A DNA stretch of 64,000 nt from Chara braunii (taxonomy: Eukaryota > Plantae > Charophyceae), in assembly GCA_003427395.1 (NCBI GenBank), contig BFEA01000028.1, positions 5,156,183 through 5,220,182 of the forward strand. Reading direction: 5' to 3'. The notes beneath the pieces were generated by a model. It saw only the letters and a program-made list of their open reading frames with translations, made no database searches and was not told the DNA's origin. A program made the position numbers and the translations under genes. Within the stretch, counting starts at the first letter, position 1; every line of letters begins with the position of its first letter. This document shows positions 1-12,275 of this stretch, piece by piece.

Positions 1-120
1 TACATGACGATATACATGTCGTCACAAAGTTATCAGAGCGCAAAATCGAAACCGAAAAAAGCAAAAGGAAGCAACAAAGATATCGATTCATTTTTTATCT
101 TCTAACCTACAACTCCCCCT

Positions 121-1585
121 GTTCAGAACCTCTTGCGTACAAGGCCGCCCACGTGCATGTAGGTTGAGCGGCAGCTGCCCCCACCCCCGTGTGTCATATC
201 GACCCACTTGCACACAGCCAAAAGGCAAAGAGGCAAAGAAAGAGGAAAGGAACAGCCAAATATAACAAAGCAGGGGGAAACAAACACATAACAGATCCTA
301 GACGACAACTCCCGCATGCAAGCACCGCCCCCTACCCTACATCTCAGGCCAAACGCTCATTTCCCCTTGACAATGCCCAACCAGGATATCAATCAACACC
401 CTTCCCTGCAAAAAAAGCATTCCCAGATAACAAACTATTCGTGTTCGCCAGCATAGACACCCTATCATGGTTTAGATATATTGTCACAAGAATATCAGAG
501 CGCAAATGCGAAAAAAAGAACAAAAGAAAGAAAAACAAGAAAAAACGAATTCAGTTTTTTATCTTCTTCCTTACACAACTTCCCCTGTTCAGAACTCTTG
601 CGTACAAGGCCGCCCACGTGGATGTAGGTTGAGCGGCGGCTTGCCCCACCCCCGTGTGTCATATCGACCCACTTGCACACAGCCAAAAGGCAAAGAGGCA
701 AAGAAAAGAGGAAGGGAACAGCCAAATAAAACAGACAGAACAGGGGGGAACAAAACAGATCCCAGATGACAAGTCCCACATCCAAGCACCGCCCCAACAC
801 ACACAGGCCAAACGACGGGACAAGACCAACCAGGATGTCAAACAATGTCGTCTGCAAAGAAATAAAAAAGAACCCGGAGGACCGGTATAAAACACAATCC
901 CCGATGACGATTCCCACATGCAAGCACCGCCCCGCGCACAACAGGCCGAACAAGGGGAAACAACCAACCAGGATGCCAAAACAATAAAAAAGCCCGGATG
1001 ACTAGTCCCACATAAAGCACCGCTACCTGCTGACTGAATAGACCGAATAACGGGACAAAACCAACCGGGATGCAGACAAGATTACGATAACACATCTACC
1101 ATATCCATAGTAAAAAAAAACGAAACCATACAGTAGGCCCGCAAAACGGAATACCCCAGAAATGGGGAAAAAAGTAAAGGAAAAGAAACAAGAAAAGGAG
1201 GAATGACAAGAACAAATGTACAAATGATTTTCTACCATAACAAAAGCAAAGCCTGCTATACTGTCACACTGACTCAGAGCGCGAAGGCGAAAAAAAGCAA
1301 AACAACGTAAGGAAAGAAGGAAAGAAAGCCCCACCTGTTCATCACCTCTTACGTACAAGGCCAGCCAGCCACGTGGATGACAGGTTGAGCGTCACACAGT
1401 TTATCGGAGAGCAAAGGCAAAAAAAACAAAACAGAGAAAGGAAACAAGGAGAGCTCCGCCTGTTCATCATCACCTCTTACGTACAAGGCCAGCCACGCGG
1501 ATGACAGGTTGAGCGCTGGCTGCCCCCATCCCCGTGTGTCACGAGGACCCACTTCCACACCGCCAAAGGCAAAGAGGCAAAGAAG
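121..1585. repeat. Cluster of diverged copies of a ~120-bp structured repeat (about 121-240, 587-706, partial 1337-1390, 1462-1582) plus a shorter TCCCACATGCAAGCACCGCCCC-type motif
   Basis: CGTACAAGGCCGCCCACGTG...GGTTGAGCGGC...CCCCGTGTGTCA...GACCCACTT...AAAGGCAAAGAGGCAAAG recurs; short motif near 310, 774, 912, 1006. Confidence 0.85.
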
Positions 1586-2222
1586 TAAGGAGTAGGAAAC
1601 CAAAATGACAAGGGAAGAGGAAGGCCTATCAGTCAAACAAAGCAAAAAATGACACATCCCGCAGATAAACCAATTGCCGCTGTCACAACAAAGTTCAACA
1701 TATTTCTTTTTTCATTTTTTTTCTAGTCAAACGGAACACACATGTATATATCTAACTATATATATTATATTTTATATTATATATATATATATATCATATA
1801 TCTCCACCTGAAGATATACAAACTCGCATCCTGAAGTTCCCCAGGAAGAAGAAGGCAGTGATCATAACGGCGGCGATCACGACATCACCGTTACGACGGT
1901 AACGGTGACGGATCTCCATCCTAACGGCAGTTGTACAGATCCGTCCTGCTAACGGTAGTGGTGTGACGGCCAGATCCAATCGAACGGTGAGAGAAGTGAT
2001 ACGATGTGAATAATATGTACATATACATAATAGTCTATTATGTACATGTATATAATAATCCATGTATATAATACTAGTAATTCATGTATATAATAATCCA
2101 TGTTTATATAATGTGCAAGTCAAATATTACACGATTTATACAGATGTGTATATAATTGAAAACTCGAAAATTTTGCAATATAAATTTCAAGCTTTCCAAA
2201 AAAAAAAAAAAAAAAAAAAAAA

Positions 2223-2879
2223 NNNNNNNNNNNNNNNNNNNNNNNNNNNNNNNNNNNNNNNNNNNNNNNNNNNNNNNNNNNNNNNNNNNNNNNNNNNNNN
2301 NNNNNNNNNNNNNNNNNNNNNNNNNNNNNNNNNNNNNNNNNNNNNNNNNNNNNNNNNNNNNNNNNNNNNNNNNNNNNNNNNNNNNNNNNNNNNNNNNNNN
2401 NNNNNNNNNNNNNNNNNNNNNNNNNNNNNNNNNNNNNNNNNNNNNNNNNNNNNNNNNNNNNNNNNNNNNNNNNNNNNNNNNNNNNNNNNNNNNNNNNNNN
2501 NNNNNNNNNNNNNNNNNNNNNNNNNNNNNNNNNNNNNNNNNNNNNNNNNNNNNNNNNNNNNNNNNNNNNNNNNNNNNNNNNNNNNNNNNNNNNNNNNNNN
2601 NNNNNNNNNNNNNNNNNNNNNNNNNNNNNNNNNNNNNNNNNNNNNNNNNNNNNNNNNNNNNNNNNNNNNNNNNNNNNNNNNNNNNNNNNNNNNNNNNNNN
2701 NNNNNNNNNNNNNNNNNNNNNNNNNNNNNNNNNNNNNNNNNNNNNNNNNNNNNNNNNNNNNNNNNNNNNNNNNNNNNNNNNNNNNNNNNNNNNNNNNNNN
2801 NNNNNNNNNNNNNNNNNNNNNNNNNNNNNNNNNNNNNNNNNNNNNNNNNNNNNNNNNNNNNNNNNNNNNNNNNNNNNNN
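2223..2879. other. Assembly gap flanked by poly-A and (CT)n
   Basis: Run of N. Confidence 1.
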
Positions 2880-3214
2880 CTCTCTCTCTCTCTCTCTCTC
2901 TAGCTTAGGAGTAGCGGTAGGTAGTGAAAAGAACGACATTCCATGAGATGGCAGAACGCCAGTTAAAAGATATGTGAGATGAGAGAAAAACATATAGCTG
3001 TCCCCCGATGAGGAAAAGGCAGCTTTGTTTAAAAAACAAGAAAAGAAAAAAAAGCCAAATTTCATTACGAATTAGAGGCCGGGGACCTCAACATTACTCC
3101 CGGATGGATGTTACTAGGAACATCATCCAGATTAGCTTACAGGATAAGGCCTGTACAGGTCTTTCTCTACAGAGCTCGCAGCTCGTAGGCTGCCTCCTAA
3201 ATTCATAGGCAGAC

Positions 3215-3681
3215 ATCACTCATCCTCCTCGTCATCGTCGCCATCATAATGATCAATTCCATCGACGCTACCACCATGAGCGAGTGTCATGCCATGGTAT
3301 CATTAAACTGCCATCATTGCCACCATTATCATCATATCATCATTGCCACCATTATCATCATATCATCATTGCCACCATTATCATCATATCATCATACCAC
3401 CATGAGAGAGTGCCAGGTGATCACACAACAGCCATCACCAATGTCATTAGCATCACCATCAGCACTACCACCATCATCAACATGATCATCGCTCAAGTTC
3501 ATCATGGTGGTTAGTGGTTATCACCACCAACTCCCAGGTTTCCGCATCCATCATCATCTAGAAGCGTTCCACATCAGCGAGAGCAACGTCATCACATATT
3601 CGCCATTATCCCCATGATCGTCGACGCTAGCACCATGAGTGAGTGCCACGTCATCACAGAACTGCCATCAACGCCATCGTT

Positions 3682-3712
<31 letters not shown>

Positions 3713-4130
3713 TCACTAAAATACGTCGTTGTTATCATCACCGCCCAGTTTTCCTTTCCCTTCCATCATCGTCATCATCATCATCAAAGCTCCCCTGATC
3801 AGCGAGTGCTACGTCACCCTCCTCCTCCTCCTCCTCACTGTCATCGACGCTACCACCGTGAGAGACTGCCACGTCATCACGTAACTGCCGTCATCATCTT
3901 CATCGTCATCATCTTCATTGTCATCATCACCATCATCTTCATCATCATCATGAGCGAGTGTCAAGTCATCACATAACTCCCATCATCGCCATCATCAACA
4001 CAGCTCAGCATAATCGTCATCACCACCACACAGTTTCCCCTTCCATCGTCATCATCATCATCATCACCACCACCATCGCCACCCATTTTCCATTTCCATC
4101 GCCATCATCATCATCATCATCATCATCCTC
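3215..4130. repeat. (CAT)n-rich compound minisatellite with a recurring CCATGAGYGAGTGCCACGTCATCAC unit
   Basis: Unit variants near 3273, 3397, 3575, 3631, 3800, 3854, 3945 among CAT/CAC triplets. Confidence 0.85.
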
Positions 4131-4203
4131 AAACACGTCCAGATTCAGGCATTAAGGAAACCAACCCTGCTAGTGGGACTTCACCCCCCCCTCGTTCTTA
4201 CTC

Positions 4204-4521
4204 TTACTTCTGCTGGCTGTGCTCTCTGAAGCCCTCCAGGATGGCTTTCGCCTCCCCATATGCCCCGTCCCCTGTGGGCTTGATGCCGTACGAGTGCATG
4301 AAGCCATGCATGTTACTCCACCCTCCCTCTTTGACCATTGCGTAGTCTGACTTGTACGGCTGTCCCGTGCCACCGCTCCCGACGTTCTGATTGTGCGAGG
4401 AGGAGCTCTGCTTGTTGCTGCTGTTGCTGCTCCTGCTGCTGCTGTTACGGCTGCTGCTGCTGCTGCTGCTGCTGCTGCCGCCCCTGGCCCTGCCCGACGA
4501 GGCGCTCGACTTGCCTGTCAT
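4204..4521 (-). CDS. Small hypothetical protein (105 aa): Ser-rich N-terminus plus compact C-terminal domain DYAMVKEGGWSNMHGFMHSYGIKP...YGEAKAILEGF
   Basis: Intact ATG-TAA ORF; non-repetitive globular-looking C-terminus; (TA)n/TATA tract at about 5151-5174 upstream on the minus strand; possible 5'-UTR acceptor TTAG|G near 4554. Confidence 0.7.
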   Translation of the reverse strand: MTGKSSASSGRARGGSSSSSSSSSRNSSSRSSNSSNKQSSSSHNQNVGSGGTGQPYKSDYAMVKEGGWSNMHGFMHSYGIKPTGDGAYGEAKAILEGFREHSQQK

Positions 4522-5275
4522 CTTGATCGTCTAGAGGTCCAGAGATGAACTACCTAAATCACAGCCCAGTTCCACTTCTCCACGAACCGGCCAGCCTTTT
4601 CCTTGGGTGTAATTTTGGAAGAAGAACGAGCGAGAGCGATAGACAAAAAAAAACTATCCTTTTCAGCAACTACACTAGCCACCAGCTAGGACGGCAACAG
4701 GATCACTTCAAGCTGAAGACCAATGAACTTGACGGGACAACGTCACCAATGCAGACTGCAAGCATATACACCAGCTACGACGTGTCTCTGATCCTCTCTC
4801 ACTGACTCTCAGACCTCGCCCACTTCCTCTCCAGAGTGTGCGCACCTCTGTCACCCCGCAAACACCAGCATCTGCGCAAGCCAGCATACACCAGGCACGT
4901 GTCCCTCCTCCTCCTCCCAGACCTCACCGCCTTCCTCCCCGCAGTGTGCGCCCTCTGTCACCCGAAGACCACCATCACCAGCAGCTGCGCACGCAGGTCC
5001 GGCTATGGCTGCTTGCGCCCACTCCCACCGCTGTGCCCTTCTCACCTCTCAGGGCCCGCATGCGCACTACCGTAACCAGGCAGACCCCAGACAAACATCC
5101 CCAGCGCTACAGTGCAACAGAAAGTGCTTTGACTCTGGCCTCACGCTTCCTATATATATATATATATATATATAGTTCTGTTTGTGACGATATATATAGA
5201 TAATGAAAAGTGCAGCACAGTGTCTGGCTGCCTGGGCCTTGCGTGCGTGTGCCCAGTAGCTTCACGTTGGGCTAA

Positions 5276-5374
5276 GGCCCTCGTTACACTACTCGCCATC
5301 CGCCAAGATTTCGAATGCATAATGTCCACATGCCATCAAAATGTTGGCGGATGGCGAGTAGTGCGACGAGGCCC
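5276..5374. mobile_element. PIF/Harbinger-like MITE (fold-back, ~100 bp)
   Basis: ~30-bp imperfect TIR GGCCCTCGTTACACTACTCGCCATCCGCCAA / TTGGCGGATGGCGAGTAGTGCGACGAGGCCC; flanks TAA and TGA. Confidence 0.6.
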
Positions 5375-5654
5375 TGAAGCATCTGCGCCCACGCCCATTC
5401 AGACAGTGGGCTGGGCCCGCAGCAGTTGAGCCGCCCAACTGTGCTCTACGTGGCTGCTGCAACTCGCGTTGGCCTACGGGCCTCCAGTCGCTTCCTCACT
5501 TCCCATTGGCCGAGAGCATCTGGAGTGTCGATATTTTTTATTTTTTATTTTTTTACAAAAAAGACTGCTCATTCCAGGCCGGGAATCCTCCGCGCGTGTC
5601 GAGATATTTGAAGGCTCCGTGGTCTCGGCGGATGTGGTTGCCTTTATTTTTTTG

Positions 5655-5850
5655 TGCAGAAAAGCAGTTCAATCGCTACATTCTGCACCATTCCACAAAC
5701 AAGTCCAGATTCAGGCGTTCAACCCTATCCGCTTTGGTATTGGTAGTGGCACCTCGCCCCTGAAATGTTGAAATACAGACTCCAGTTCCATCCCAGCTCA
5801 GTTGGCACACCCCTGAACTGTTGACATATAGACCAGTTGGTACACCCCGG
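5655..5850 (+). repeat. Dispersed repeat containing tRNA-like A/B-box subunits (copy 1)
   Basis: Closely matches 28555-28770; contains GCTCAGTTGGYACAC and GTTCNATCCC. Confidence 0.75.
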
Positions 5851-5939
5851 AGTGATCTGCGCCGATTCTGAACACGTGCATAAAACTGTGATCGATTTGC
5901 TTTTCTGCATTTCGGCGGCAAAGACATCAAGGTTCGGCC

Positions 5940-6185
5940 GCTTTCTCCAAACCTCTTCGCTGGCAGCCTTTCTCCAACCCTCTTCGCTGGTTCTCCAATC
6001 CTCTTCGCTGGCAGGACCTCATATCCTGTGGGTGTAACACTGTGCTGGTAGTACTGCCGTGATCTGGCGACCCGTTTGTCATGTACATGGACACCATAGA
6101 CGTTTCGAAACATTCTGAATGTAGTGTATGTGGTCCAGAGAGTGGGCCTCGAAACATTCTGAATGTAGTGTATGTGGTCCAAAGA
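5940..6185. repeat. Short tandem duplications at the LINE 5' junction (3 x ~25-30 bp; 2 x 44 bp)
   Basis: TTCTCCAA.CCTCTTCGCTGG three times; CGAAACATTCTGAATGTAGTGTATGTGGTCCA at 6106 and 6150. Confidence 0.85.
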
Positions 6186-8029
6186 GGGCACTGGTTATCC
6201 AGGCTGCAGGGTTGGCAGTACTGTGGTTTGTACTAGCCACACATCTTCTAGGAGATAAAGCTTACAAAGATATCAAGAAAGTGGCGGCTAGACTGCTATG
6301 GAAGCCTGAAGCAGAGGAGAATCAGAGTTTCTTCTCCAAAGTGGCGTGGGAGTCGGTGTGTTTTCCTAGGGCTGAAGGAGGGTTGGGTCTGCTTGAACCA
6401 AGGCAACAGAACCTATCTTTACTGGCCAAGTGGCCAGTGAAAGCCCTATTAGAGGACCCCCAGTCTCCCTGGCTATCCTTGGCTATTTATACACTAAGTG
6501 TGGAATGGAACCTGAGTAGACCGGAAGATTCATTAGCTTGTCTCCTAATTCGTTCCTATGTCAATCGAAAAGTTAATTCGGTATTTTGGAGTAACATTTT
6601 GGTGGCTTGGCAGAAGCTGTTCCCAGAAGAAAGAGAGAGTCCGGACACCAAGGAGTCAGTTTTGAACCAGATCCTATTCGAAAATCCTTTGATAGTGAAT
6701 GCTGCAGGAAATCCTTTCTCTGCGCATGGCTCGGCCGGAAAGTTCGGAAAAGCGTGGGTGAAGAAAGGGATAGTACGGGTTAGAGACATATGGGATGAGA
6801 AAAATAGGAAATGGAAAGAGACGGCTCTAATCAAGGAGAAATTGGGGAGACTCAGGAACGTGGCCACCAGATTGGAGGCAATCCAGAAGGCCATCCCTCA
6901 CAGTTGGACGTTATTGTTGACAGGAACTGTAATTCCCAGGGCAGGGCTGTGGGTAACCTCACAATCCCAGCAAAACTCGGTCTTTCAAATCACGGCTGAG
7001 CTGGGGGAGGATGGATGGGCAGCAACGGAATGGAAGCAGCCGGTAGACTTTGCATACAGTAAGACCCTGGTGAAAGGGGGAAAGGTAAGATTGCCCTCTC
7101 CGGAAGGGTACTCAGAAGTGATAACAAGAACAAGAACTCAGAGACCGCAAGGGGGAGGACCTCTGATTACGGTAGTCTCCCTTCCGGTCGGTCTTACATC
7201 TCTAGTGAACTCTGCTGCAGACTGTCGAAAGCTTGGATGGTGGGATACCCAAAAACAAAAAATGTTGGGACTAGATCAGTTCTCAACAAAAGAAGGTACG
7301 AGATGTTTAAGGAAAAAAGTGAAGAAATCTCCACTGGAAGTGGTAACGAAGCAGAGATTGAACCAAGGGTGTCTGCAACTGTCGGAGGAACAACTGTACT
7401 CTATTTGGAGGCAATTCAAGCAGCTGCCGTCACAGCGTCTAGCAAGTATTTTGTGGATGCAGTCTATGATGGCGACACCCTCTGCAGTAGACCTGGTGTC
7501 CAAGGGGATGGATATCCCGGCCAGTTGCGTACGCTGTAAATGGATGTGGGAGGACTCACACCATTTATGGTTGACCTGCCCAGCTTCAAGAAGGATTTGG
7601 AACTGGTGGACACAGCATTGGGAGAGGATCACAAATGGGAAATTCACCTGGTCTGATGAGTGGATTCTGAATGGCACTCACGATGCCGTAAATCCAGAAG
7701 AAAAGCAGTGGTTGTATGTAGCTCAGGCAATTCGGGCTATTATTATGAAGATAATCTGGGATGACAGAAATGATCAACTTTTCAAGGGCAGATTTATATC
7801 GGACAACGGCATCAAGAACCGGATATCACATAAGATCAGGATCACAATTATAAGTGATTGGACTCGAAGGGCCAACAGAGGGAGCATTTCCAAGGCGAGA
7901 GTATGGTTCTGGGATTATTGGGGTAAAGAAGCCAGATTAGTTAAGCTTACTGCAGAAGGCAGGCTGTGCTTTCCGCCCTGGCTTCTTTCCACAGCAGGAC
8001 ATGGGGAGTGCTGTAGCTCCCCTCCTTGA
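6185..8029 (+). mobile_element. 5'-truncated L1/Tx1-clade LINE, open ORF2 C-terminal half (post-RT region and zf-RVT)
   Basis: KVAWESVCFPRAEGGLGL, LLAKW, and CxxC...EDSHHLWLTCP...IW zinc finger; homologous to 26680-28500. Confidence 0.92.
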
Positions 8030-9148
8030 TGGAAAACTGGCCCAGAGGACTTTGTTTGTTTGAAATGTGCACAATGAGAGTGAAGTGAATCTTTGGCTAG
8101 AACATGGGAAGATGCACCGCCATGTTTTTTGTCTTTTGTGCATGGCGAGAGTGGTGGAGGGGCGGGATCACGTGAAATGGGAAGCAGGACAAAACGGCTT
8201 TTCTTGTTTTTTCCTTTTTTCTGCCTACTCTGAGAAAACGGTTAGCACAAGTGGAGGTAGGGAAAAAAAAAGGGGGTGTAACCAAAGGGCTCAGTTGGTA
8301 CAAGCAAAGACGATTGGATAAATAGCCTGAAATTTTTTTTATTTTATTTTTTTTATAGAGAAACTCAAATCGTTTTATTACAGAAGAAGAACAGGGGCCC
8401 GGGAATACACCCCACAAAGCAACCCGGTACAAAAACATGCTCGGGCCCTTACCCAGCTGTAGGCTCCGACCATATCCACTGTCCCTCTACTAAACTGTTC
8501 CCTAAAAATACCAAAAAGGAGGCCTCTGAGAGGCAGATTTTATCCTTGAACTCAGCAGAGAGCGGCAGGGCTACAGATATGTCTTTTACCCACACCTCCG
8601 CCTGCAACAGCCCATACGGGCTACTAAAAGCCTCAACTTAAACACTGTCGATTTCTGAGGATAGGTTTAGACACTCCTTTCGCCTATCCCCAGAATCTGG
8701 TATCTAATCTAGATACCTTGTTCGAGTAAACATGTTACTAGCCGACAACTCATTCCCAGGCCTAAGCTCGACCTGTCACTACAGTATCTCCCCTAGCCTT
8801 ATTCCAGCTCTAACAGCCGGCCCCTGTACAATACCTCCTTGCCTTCCCGTCACTTCTGCCTAAGTTCGACTCAGGATCTCAACCACGACCCAATCACTAA
8901 TTCTGAATCCGCTGAAATTGATGTCAAACGATTTGCCAACGCCCAAGTGTTCAAAAACCACACTTTGTCGATACATTTACCTCCAGATTCCCCAACAGGT
9001 GTTTTGACACAGATCTGACAGGCAGCTCTAGCTTTTGGGACAGAACAAATGTGGTCATCTCTAGACAAGGAAGGTTAGATTTAGATAGACCATTCACAAT
9101 AGAGGAATTGCGTGAAGCAGCCAAGGAGTTCAAGAAAGGTAAGTGCCC

Positions 9149-11496
9149 TGTGACGCCCAACCTCACGCCCAGTGCGACTTCCTGATCGGAGTGGGATGTG
9201 GGCCTGGAAGTGCGAAAAGGGGTGTGCCAAGGATTTTTGGGGAAGTGGGGGAGTCTTAAGGGTATGAATGCAATTAGGCGAGGGGTGCGCGCGCAAGGGT
9301 CTCACAGTCCGAAGGGGCCGGGACACTGTGGGGGACGGGTTACGGGAAAATCCCTCCGTGGTGGAGATGGTCCAGACAAGTTAGGCCGTCGGGGGCCGCC
9401 ACGTGGCACCGGCCGCCGCGTACCTGGGTTGGGCCTTCGGAATTCCGGAGTTCTCTGTACGCCGCTACGTCGGCAGTTCACGCAAAACGTATTGGGCCAA
9501 TAGGGGGCTATGGCCGGCCATAGAACGACACTTAGTTGATGATACGGAAGAAGGAGGCGGAAAGGAGGGAAACTGGTGGTGATCTCAACAAATCCCGGGT
9601 GGGTGAAGTAGTAGGTGTGGTCAGGAGAAGGGAAAGCACCGAGGGTCGCTAGAGGTGGCGCAGTGGAATTCCCACGGACATAGCCGATTCTCCGCGTGAC
9701 AGGGGTATCGCGTCCTTATGAGCTCGTTTATCATAGGGGTGAAATAGTCCGGGTCATAAGACGAGTCTGAGCTCCAAGATCGCGTGATGGTATCATCGTC
9801 GATGGGATAGCTCGGGTTGGGATATCGTCACCGCGCCCGAGCACGTGCAGGGCAGGTAGATCAGTGGCGCCTCAGCGTGCTCGTACGGGATGACGGTTCC
9901 GCCGCGAATCCTTTTTGGGTGAGCGAATCGACGCGCGGGAATGCGTGTAAGGGCGCGACTTGGGTCCCGTTTACACGTGTTCTCGCGCGGCGTTCGCGGG
10001 ACCAGACTTCGGATCGTCGATTATGCAAGATGCAATCATATCGCAACCCCCATCGCGAGATAAGTAAAAACGAGAACAAAATCACTATCGGGGCCAAATT
10101 CTTATCCCATCTACAGCGACATCGGGTGCAGGCAAAAATTCGACACATACATAATGCAAGGACAGGGATTCTCAGCAAAAAGATAGACAAGCAGTCATAA
10201 CATCCATACACCCATACATTCGACAATCATACATATAATGCAATCAGGACGAACAGCGCAAGGACAAGTGTGAGCAAAAACCCAAGCCCAGAATTCAGAA
10301 AGTCGAAACGAAAATAAGAACGGGCAAACCGCCCGGAGCCGCAATCAAAATGTATGTACACAGATGAAGAGGGGGAAGAGACAAAGAAACAACAAATCCA
10401 CGTCCATCGACCTCAACTCTCTCCTCCTCTTCTCTCTCCGATGCGGACAGTCCGTCGTCGCGCACCAACCCACGAAGTTGTCACCCCGCTTAGTCCTCTC
10501 GCACCCGTCGGATTCGCCCGTGCCCACAGTCCGTCGTGGCCCACGTCAATCCCGTGCGTTCNGCACCAGCCCGTCGGGTCGCCCAACTCCTACTCTACTC
10601 ACCTCTTACTTCGCTCGTGTGCCGACCCTTCCTGATCCCGCAACCCCGAGCTTCCAACAACGGGTTAAGAGAGCTGACTAATCGCGCAGCCGAAATTTAT
10701 AGTGTGCATGCATGCGCGAAGAGCACGGAATTACCAGGACTTAGAGTGAGGATTAGAGAGGGAACGCCTGCGTTCTGCATGATCGTCCGCGGTGTGGGGG
10801 ACGTAACCCTTCTCCACGCATCGATCCGAGCATGCAAGCCGCGACTTACAAAATTTCAGCAAAAGAAAGAGAGGGAGGGCGGGAGAGTTGAAGTGCAAGA
10901 AGAAAGATACAGTTACAATGGCGCCCGCCCAGAATTACAGTTACACACACGATTAAGGGCGCTCATTAATCAGAGGACCGTTGCGGCTGCATGAAGAAGC
11001 GCGTAGACAAAAGGCGCCGCGCGGCAGAAAAAATCCTAATTACTAAATTCCTAAATTCCTATCTAATGCGAAAAAGCAAAAAGAAGCACGAATTCCAGAA
11101 GGAAAGTTCGAAATTCCGAGAGCCATCGGGGGCTCGACAAAATTCGAAAAAGATTTTAAATGGAATTTCAAAAACAACGAAGCAATTTCCAGCGCGATGT
11201 CCACGCCCAAAAGATCGAAATCGAACCGAAAGGAACGACGTAACCTTTATTAATCGCGCACGTGGTGGCACGCCAGACATCCATTCGACCAATCACTCCA
11301 CCGACCGTCCTAAGACACACCCGACCCCGTGCTTGGCCATTCGAAAAAGAAACGATGAAAAAGGACGAAAAAGCGAGGACACTGATGCAACTCTCCACCG
11401 ATCCCGATCTCCCGTAATTGGCCCAATCTTCCCAGCTTAGGACCCCTCATTGCAACCGCGCAGAAAATCGCACGTTACAGAAAGTGGTTCGTCACA
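9149..11496 (-). repeat. 2.35-kb LTR or LTR-like terminal unit
   Basis: TG..CA ends; 11016-11496 repeated directly at 25351-25833; 10501-11002 repeated inverted at 24848-25350; TATAAAT on the minus strand near 10700; homologous to both ends of 35269-45457. Confidence 0.85.
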
Positions 11497-11740
11497 TATG
11501 TGACGCCCAAGGGGTTCCAATATTAGCAAGCTCCTGCTTGCTTGTTGACACGTGTCGATTTCTCTAACGATCGACACGCGGAGCAATTCTCTGTATGCCA
11601 CTTACCGTTCGATTGCGTGTGGACGTCATCCAACGTGGCAACTCTGCTCTTCTACTAGTTCCTCAGATTGGGCTCTTCGACGATCCAAGGACGGGATCTT
11701 CCTCGTGCCATCGCCGCGACACGCGTCCATTACCGCTGCG

Positions 11741-12268
11741 TCAGTAATTAACCGGAAGGGGGAAGGGAAAGCGATACGCGTATGAGGGAGGGCGGGGCGG
11801 CTCCATCGCAAGCTCGGGTATGAAGCGCCCGATCGCAGCGAGGTCGTAGGGAAGTTCTTGAAAACGGACAATGCGATGGAAGCGAGGGAATCTCTGGCCG
11901 CTGCGGGGAAGGGAAGCGAGGTAGTCTGGGTAAAGGGATACGAGGGTTCGAAGGACGTTTGTGCGGAACCGATCGTGGTTCTCGCACGCGGGGAAGGTCC
12001 CTGTAACGATGCAGTAAACCTCTATATGGTTACGGCCTCGCCACGCGGCGCTAAGGAGCAGAACGTGGAGGGAGTGGTCGGGGACAGCACACCAAACGGA
12101 AGGGTGGGGGTGGACAGTCAGTTCTAGGCGGGCGGAGTAGAAATGTCGGAAGGTGGCGGTGGGGAAGGGATTACGGGGGTAGACGACGCGATGGAAATAC
12201 TGACTGAAAGAGAGATAGCTAAGGGGATGGTGGTATATGGATCGGGGACAAAGGGATAAGCCCCTCAT
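11741..12268 (-). CDS. Gypsy accessory ORF Z, unknown function (175 aa, H/P/R/Y-rich)
   Basis: Open ORF whose ATG lies 7 nt after the ORF Y stop. Confidence 0.55.
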   Translation of the reverse strand: MRGLSLCPRSIYHHPLSYLSFSQYFHRVVYPRNPFPTATFRHFYSARLELTVHPHPSVWCAVPDHSLHVLLLSAAWRGRNHIEVYCIVTGTFPACENHDRFRTNVLRTLVSLYPDYLASLPRSGQRFPRFHRIVRFQELPYDLAAIGRFIPELAMEPPRPPSYAYRFPFPLPVNY

Positions 12269-12275
12269 TGACACG

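Noticed and set aside
195-232. U2 snRNA similarity (GCCTTTTGGCT..CAAGTG on the minus strand)
   Set aside because: The branch-point pairing sequence GTAGTA and the rest of U2 are absent.
2062-3065. Long ORFs in the track spanning N runs (also 14996-16494 and 62759-63114)
   Set aside because: Artefacts of assembly gaps.
3249-4155. His/Ile/Ser-rich ORFs
   Set aside because: Products of (CAT)n low-complexity sequence.
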